Source: an uncultured Acidobacteriota bacterium (GTDB lineage: Bacteria; Acidobacteriota; Thermoanaerobaculia; Multivoradales; JBCCEF01). Taken from it: a DNA stretch of 64,000 nucleotides. Location of the stretch: NCBI GenBank assembly GCA_963843275.1, contig CAWJJM010000004.1, positions 502,237 to 566,236 on the forward strand, written 5' to 3'. A model generated the notes under the pieces. The model saw only the letters and a list, made by a program, of their open reading frames with translations, was not told where the DNA came from and made no database searches. The position numbers were made by a program, and so were the translations under genes. This document shows positions 59,053 to 64,000 of this stretch, piece by piece (within the stretch, counting starts at the first letter, position 1; every line of letters begins with the position of its first letter).

Positions 59053-60558
59053 TCACTCCAGCACCACCACACCCGACAGGTGCGGGTCGGCGATGTACAG
59101 GTGGCCGGAACCGTCCACCGCCAGGTCCTGGGGGTCGTCGAGACGCACCCCTCCCGGCAGGTCCGGGCCCACGGTCAGCAACGGCTTGCCGGCGGAGTCG
59201 AACACCCGGATCCGCCCGGAGCGCTCGAGCACGAAGACGTCGCCCAGGCGGTCGACGTCGATCGCCTGGGGGCGGTCGAGGCCGGTCGCCACCTCCTGGC
59301 CGCCGTCCTCCCCCGGCGCGAAGCGCAGCACCCGGCCGCGCTTGCCGTCGAGGACGTAGACGCCCAGACCGGGGGCGGCGGCGACGTCCTGCGGCTCGCC
59401 CTCCGGGGCGGTCAGGAGCGAGTGGGCGTCGCGCAGATCGCGATCGAAGGCGGCGGCACGCAGCGGCTTGAACAGCACCAGGAAGGTCTCGTTGCCGATG
59501 GCGGCGCCGGCGTCGATCCGCTTGACCACCCCCGGCACGCCGCCGGGGGTCCGGCGGCTGCCGTCCGCCACCGCCACCACGCCGTCCTCCGACGGCACGC
59601 GAGCGGCCCCGTCGACGCCCCAGAAGGGGCGGCCCATCTTGGGCAGCCGGCGACGCCCCGTCGGCGCCCCGTCGGCCCACGTCACCACCTCGTCCGGCCC
59701 CGCGTCGACCACCGCCAGCGCGCCGTCGTCGCGGGCGGCGACGGCGACCGGCCGCTTCAGCGCCAGCCCGGGCAGCAGCGCGGCCTTCTGCCAGGCCGCC
59801 GCGCCGGCGGCGGCGCGCAGGCGCAGGCGGTCGATCAGCGAGCCGCGCCGGCGCAGCGCCGCCAGGGACCCGGCGGCGTCCTTCGGATAGCGGTCGGCGG
59901 CCGCCAGCGCCCCGGAGAGGACGTCCGCCGCGGCCTCCCAGTCGCCGCGCCCGAGCATCAGGTCGGCCAGCGCGAGGCTGGCGCGCGCCTGCCAGCGCGA
60001 GGGCGGATTCAGGTCGACGGCCTCCAGGAACAGCGCCGCCGCCCGGTCCGGCTCGCCGAGCCGGACACCCATCTCGCCGGCGCGCACCACCGCCTCGGTG
60101 CCCCAGTCCGGCTCGCCGCCCGCCGCCCGCGCCAGGTCGCGCACCGCCAGCAGCTCGTCGCGGGCACGGTTGAGGCCGGCGTCGTCCGTCGCCTGCCGGG
60201 CGTAGGCCTCGCCGCGCACCAGGCGCGCCGGGCCCACCTCGGGGGCCGTCGGCCGCATCGAGATCAGGCTCTCGGCCGCCGCGGCGGCGGCCTCGGCGTC
60301 GCCGGCCGCCAGGCGCGCCCGCGCCAGGCCGAGCAGGGCGGGCGCCACCGCCGCCGCGTCGCCGCCGGAGACGATCGCCTGGTAGCGGTCGGCGGCGGCC
60401 TGGGGGTCGGAGTCCACCAGGGCCGCCGCCTCCTCGAGGGAGCGCAGGGTCGACGGGGTCTGCGCTGCGGCGCGGAGCGCCGGCGCCAGGACGAGGAGCG
60501 CCAGGAGGGCGCCCGCGGTGCGGAGACGTGCCATGGAGGACCTCGGAGGACGGCTCAT
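59053..60558 (-). CDS. Secreted TPR (BamD/YfiO-like helices) plus NHL beta-propeller protein
   Basis: Signal peptide; TPR helices; NHL repeats (RPVAVAARDDG, EPQDVAAAPGLGVYVLD, RPQAIDVDRLGDVFVLE, DPQDLAVDGSGHLYIAD). Confidence 0.8.
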   Translation of the reverse strand: MSRPPRSSMARLRTAGALLALLVLAPALRAAAQTPSTLRSLEEAAALVDSDPQAAADRYQAIVSGGDAAAVAPALLGLARARLAAGDAEAAAAAAESLISMRPTAPEVGPARLVRGEAYARQATDDAGLNRARDELLAVRDLARAAGGEPDWGTEAVVRAGEMGVRLGEPDRAAALFLEAVDLNPPSRWQARASLALADLMLGRGDWEAAADVLSGALAAADRYPKDAAGSLAALRRRGSLIDRLRLRAAAGAAAWQKAALLPGLALKRPVAVAARDDGALAVVDAGPDEVVTWADGAPTGRRRLPKMGRPFWGVDGAARVPSEDGVVAVADGSRRTPGGVPGVVKRIDAGAAIGNETFLVLFKPLRAAAFDRDLRDAHSLLTAPEGEPQDVAAAPGLGVYVLDGKRGRVLRFAPGEDGGQEVATGLDRPQAIDVDRLGDVFVLERSGRIRVFDSAGKPLLTVGPDLPGGVRLDDPQDLAVDGSGHLYIADPHLSGVVVLE

Positions 60559-62534
60559 CAAGACGGTGCGGCGGCGAAGATGCGCCCGGTCGACGGCCCC
60601 ACGTCCTCGGTGCGGCGGGCGCTCTTGCCCAGACTCTCCCACAGGAACTCGATCTCGTGCCGGCCGTACGCCAGCTCGACCCCCACCGGCACGAAGCCGA
60701 CGTCGCGGCCGTCGACCTTGACGCGGCAGTTGCCCGGGGTCGCCCCCACGGTCACCTTGCGGGTGGCGGGGAGGCTGATCTCCGCGTTGCCGCCGGGAGC
60801 CACCTCCACCGTGCGGGTGTCGGAGTAGAAGACCTGCGGCGCGCTGACCGTCACCCGGTGCGAGCCGGCCGGGACCTCGATGCGGTCGCCGCTGCGGCGC
60901 TGGCCGTCCACCTCGACGGTGACCGGATAGGCGGCGCGCACCACCAGGTGACCCGGCGGCGGCAGCTCGGGCAGGTCCACCTCGTAGGCGCCGCCCTGGT
61001 GCACCGCGTCCGGCAGGTCCTCCCAGCGCACCTTGCGCGACACCGGGCGGTGCCCGTCGAGGGCCAGCGCCAGGGCGTACTGGCGGCCGGGCTCCAGGGC
61101 GACCTCGACCGGCGTCACCCCCTCGACCGCCGAGCCGTCCAGGGTCACCCGCGCCCCCGGCGGCGTCGTCGCCACCGTCACCCGCTTCGGCGGCGGCTTC
61201 AGCTCCGGCGCCCAGCGGGCGCTGGCGGTGGCGCCGATCACCACCTGGGTGCTGGCCACCGTCTCGCCCTCCTGGCGCAGCTCGAGGCGGACCACCTTGC
61301 CCTCGGCCCCGCGCACCGGGACGAAGGCGGGGGTGGTCAGGTGCTGGTCCTCGCCGTCGAGGAAGATCGCGGCGCCCGGCGGCTGCGACACCACCTCGAT
61401 CGTGCTGGCGGCCTCGGCGGGGGCGCCGACCTCCGCGGCGGGCACGCCGTCGGCCGCGGTCGCGGCGCCGCCGCGCTGCCACACGAACCAACCGGCGGCA
61501 CCCGCCGCGGCCAGCACCACCACCAGGGTGAGCGGCAGCACCCAGCCGCGGCGCGGCGGCTGGGCGACGGTGGCGCCGTAGCCGGTCTCCACCTCGTCCG
61601 GGTTCATCTCGACCCGCTCGAACAGCGCGGTCTGGGCGTTGCGGTCGACGGCGGGCGGCGCCGGCGCCGCCGAGGGCAGCCCCAGGGCGCCGGCCAGCGC
61701 CTCGGCGAGATCGGTGCAGCTCGGGTAGCGCTCCTCGGGGTTCTTCGCCATCGCCCGCAGCAGCACCGCGTCGACCGCCTCCGGGAGGCTGCCGTTGAGC
61801 TGGCGCGGCGGCACCGGGGCCTTGTGGATGATCCGATACATCATGGTGGTGGGGTTGTCACCGCTGAAGGGCTGCTCCCCGGTGAGGACCTGGTAGAGCA
61901 CCACCGCCATCGAGAACTGGTCCGACGCGCCGGTGAGCCGGTCGCCGGTGATCTGCTCCGGCGACATGTAGGCGGGCGTCCCCACGACGGCACCGACGGT
62001 GGTCGCCTGGGTGGTGCTGAGCTTGGCGATGCCGAAGTCGCTCAGCTTCGGCGTGCCCTCGGCGTCGAGCAGGATGTTCGCCGGCTTGATGTCGCGGTGC
62101 ACGATGTCGCGGGAGTGCGCGTAGTCGAGCGCACCGCCCAGGGCGCGGCCGAGCTCGGCGACCTCCTTCGGGGTGAGGTGGCGCCCCGCCTCGAGCACGT
62201 CCTCGAGCGTCTCGCCCGGCACGAACTCCATCGCGATGAAGGCGCTGTCGCGGTCCTGCCCGACGTCGTAGACCGTGACGATATGGGGATGCGACAGGCT
62301 GCCGGCGGACTTGAACTCGCGCTCGAAGCGCTCCTGGCGCAGCTTGAGGTCGGCCTCGCTGAGGCCGGCGAACGAGCGGATGACCTTGATCGCGACCGGC
62401 CGGCCGATCACCGGGTCCTCCCCCAGGTAGACGACGCCCATGGCGCCCTGCCCGAGCACACGCCGCACCTGGTAGCGGCCCAGCCTCTGGGGGTGCTCGC
62501 CCTGCTCCCTGACGTCCTCTCTTACGTCCCGCAA
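60558..62534 (-). CDS. Ser/Thr kinase - TM - PEGA domains (start uncertain)
   Basis: GQGAMGVVY, VAIK, HRDIKPAN, SDFG, GTPAYMSPEQ; TM WVLPLTLVVVLAAAGAAGWFVW; PEGA (SQPPGAAIFLDG, TTPPGARVTLDG, ATPGNCRVKVDG). Confidence 0.92.
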   Translation of the reverse strand: MRDVREDVREQGEHPQRLGRYQVRRVLGQGAMGVVYLGEDPVIGRPVAIKVIRSFAGLSEADLKLRQERFEREFKSAGSLSHPHIVTVYDVGQDRDSAFIAMEFVPGETLEDVLEAGRHLTPKEVAELGRALGGALDYAHSRDIVHRDIKPANILLDAEGTPKLSDFGIAKLSTTQATTVGAVVGTPAYMSPEQITGDRLTGASDQFSMAVVLYQVLTGEQPFSGDNPTTMMYRIIHKAPVPPRQLNGSLPEAVDAVLLRAMAKNPEERYPSCTDLAEALAGALGLPSAAPAPPAVDRNAQTALFERVEMNPDEVETGYGATVAQPPRRGWVLPLTLVVVLAAAGAAGWFVWQRGGAATAADGVPAAEVGAPAEAASTIEVVSQPPGAAIFLDGEDQHLTTPAFVPVRGAEGKVVRLELRQEGETVASTQVVIGATASARWAPELKPPPKRVTVATTPPGARVTLDGSAVEGVTPVEVALEPGRQYALALALDGHRPVSRKVRWEDLPDAVHQGGAYEVDLPELPPPGHLVVRAAYPVTVEVDGQRRSGDRIEVPAGSHRVTVSAPQVFYSDTRTVEVAPGGNAEISLPATRKVTVGATPGNCRVKVDGRDVGFVPVGVELAYGRHEIEFLWESLGKSARRTEDVGPSTGRIFAAAPS

Positions 62535-62705
62535 GCGATCCTCACCGGCGGCCGCGACGGGCCGCGTCCACGAAAGAAGTCATGTTCCCCGGCAGGCGAT
62601 GATAGCCAAGGATACCAGCACACCGGAAGCGCCGCACCCCGAGGTGAAGCGCGACCTCATATACTGCGGCCCGCAGCCCCGCGCGAGGGGCGGGAGCCGA
62701 CCACC

Positions 62706-63140
62706 ATGACCAGAACGTTCAACTCCGAGTTCGCGCAGGTCCTCGACAGCCTCCTGCGGCGCGAGGACGAGGAGCGCCGCCACGCCCTCGCCGAGGAGGA
62801 GCGCTGGAAGGCCGCCGTCCAGGAGTTCCGGCAGGTGGCCGCCGACTGCATCCGCCCGGTCCTGCACGACGTGCAGCAGCCGCTGCGCGCCCGCGGCATG
62901 CACACCTACATCGGTGACAACACGCGCTTCGGGATGAGCTGCTGGCTCGACTTCGAGCGCGAGGGGGAGCCGGCCCGCGGCCTCTCCTTCCGGCTCGACG
63001 CCGACCGCAAGGTGGTCGAGGCGATCTACCAGCGCCCCATGGGCAGCTCGAAGCTCGGCGAGCGCCCGCTCGCCGACATCGACCGCGACTGGGTGCAGGA
63101 GACGCTGCTCACCTTCATCCGGCAGGTCTACTCCTACTGA
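62706..63140 (+). CDS. Hypothetical protein (N-terminal coiled coil plus small alpha/beta domain)
   Basis: Normal amino-acid composition and GC3 bias; TATACT -10 box at 62661-62666. Confidence 0.8.
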   Translation: MTRTFNSEFAQVLDSLLRREDEERRHALAEEERWKAAVQEFRQVAADCIRPVLHDVQQPLRARGMHTYIGDNTRFGMSCWLDFEREGEPARGLSFRLDADRKVVEAIYQRPMGSSKLGERPLADIDRDWVQETLLTFIRQVYSY

Positions 63141-63592
63141 GATCGGCGCGGCTCCGCCCCCTCCCCGGGGTCGACGGGCCGCCGACGACCCCGCAACCGG
63201 GCCAGCACCCGCCGGGGATCGACCGCCGGGTGGACGCGGCGCGGACCCGGCAGCTGCAGGTAGAGGATGGCCCCGACCGCCAGGGCCCCCAGCGCCGGCG
63301 AGTGGATGCGCGCCGCCCGCAGGATCTCGCAGGAGAGGAACACGTAGACCGAGAAGCGGGCGCGCTCGTGACGGCGTAGCAGGAGAAACCCGACCAGCGG
63401 CGCGATCGCCAGGTAGACGAAGCCGTCCCACACCCGGTGGCTGCCGAAGTTCAACCAGCGCCGGCCGAGCGCCAGCGCCACCAGGTGGATCGCCGGGCTC
63501 GCCAACAGCGCGGCGGTCAACAGCCACAGGCCGAGCGGCCGCCCGGCGGGCGCGCGGGCGGCCGTCCCGCCCTCCTGCCGGGGGACGTCCAC
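63134..63592 (-). CDS. Hypothetical membrane protein
   Basis: 3-4 hydrophobic segments; TACACT -10 box 6 nt before GTG 63592. Confidence 0.7.
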   Translation of the reverse strand: MDVPRQEGGTAARAPAGRPLGLWLLTAALLASPAIHLVALALGRRWLNFGSHRVWDGFVYLAIAPLVGFLLLRRHERARFSVYVFLSCEILRAARIHSPALGALAVGAILYLQLPGPRRVHPAVDPRRVLARLRGRRRPVDPGEGAEPRRSQ

Positions 63593-63656
63593 CGCGGCAG
63601 TGTACGCCACGCCCCGCGGCCGGCCAGCCGTTAGACTCGTCCCGGGAGGAGGGAGC

Positions 63657-64000
63657 ATGCGGATCGCGATCGTGGGGGCCGGCGGCGTCGGGGGCTACTT
63701 CGGCGGCCGGCTGGCCCGGGCGGGCGAGGACGTCGTCTTCATCGCCCGCGGCGCGCACCTCGAGGCCCTGCGCACGTCCGGCCTCACCGTGGAGAGCGTC
63801 GCCGGGGACTTCGCGGTGCGCCCGGTCGAAGCGACCGACGACCCGGCCGCCGTCGGCCCCGTCGACGCCGTCGTGGTCGCGGTCAAGACCTGGCAGCTCG
63901 CCGCGGCCGCGGCGGCGATGTCGCCGCTGGTCGGTCCGCGAGACCACCGTGCTGCCGCTGCTCAACGGCATCGACGCGCCCGACGTGCTCGCCGCGGCGG
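63657..64000 (+). CDS. panE: 2-dehydropantoate 2-reductase, 5' part (runs off the window); +1 indel at ~63939
   Basis: Read directly from DNA: MRIAIVGAGGVGGYFGGRLARAGEDVVFIARGAHLEAL...VVVAVKTWQ...PLLNGID; GGAGG RBS. Confidence 0.93.
   Translation, partial: MRIAIVGAGGVGGYFGGRLARAGEDVVFIARGAHLEALRTSGLTVESVAGDFAVRPVEATDDPAAVGPVDAVVVAVKTWQLAAAAAAMSPLVGPRDHRAAAAQRHRRARRARRG

Noticed and set aside
62580-62660. 26-aa minus-strand ORF resembling a lipoprotein signal peptide (..LVSLAIIA-C)
   Set aside because: Stops three codons after the Cys, has no RBS, and its hydrophobic codons coincide with AT-rich -10 boxes

Overview
Very GC-rich bacterial chromosomal segment (about 75% GC by eye). The gene repertoire (Hanks kinases fused to PD40 or TolB-TPR domains, PEGA proteins, Thr-type 'sulfatase' plus GT-C) suggests Acidobacteriota such as Thermoanaerobaculia; this is an inference. 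About 58 real genes lie under many spurious Arg/Pro/Gly-rich ORFs. Housekeeping and transport genes: gltA, panE (partial), pstSCAB, modABC, a DAACS symporter, an ABC-2 exporter, a TMEM175 channel, two IorA/IorB-like molybdo-oxidoreductase pairs, pirin and several hydrolases. There are four Ser/Thr kinases and three regulators (TetR, MerR, wHTH-TPR), each with a candidate binding site visible in the DNA. No rRNA, tRNA, CRISPR array, transposase or integrase was found. Several genes carry single-base indels that look like consensus artefacts. The most striking item is at 580-1752: an orphan contractile-injection-system (Afp1/gp19-type) tail-tube gene with a Sec signal peptide and added cysteines, directly upstream of a collagen-like lipoprotein. 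No sheath, baseplate or spike gene is in the window, so this may be a domesticated, exported tube or filament module. Other notable items are a TetR operator embedded in a coding sequence, pervasive leaderless promoters, a pseudopilin-like/DUF5671/ABC-2 operon, a Cys-less MerR with a Spy-like metal-rich partner, and a kinase-PEGA/TPR-NHL/PEGA-PDZ envelope signalling operon.
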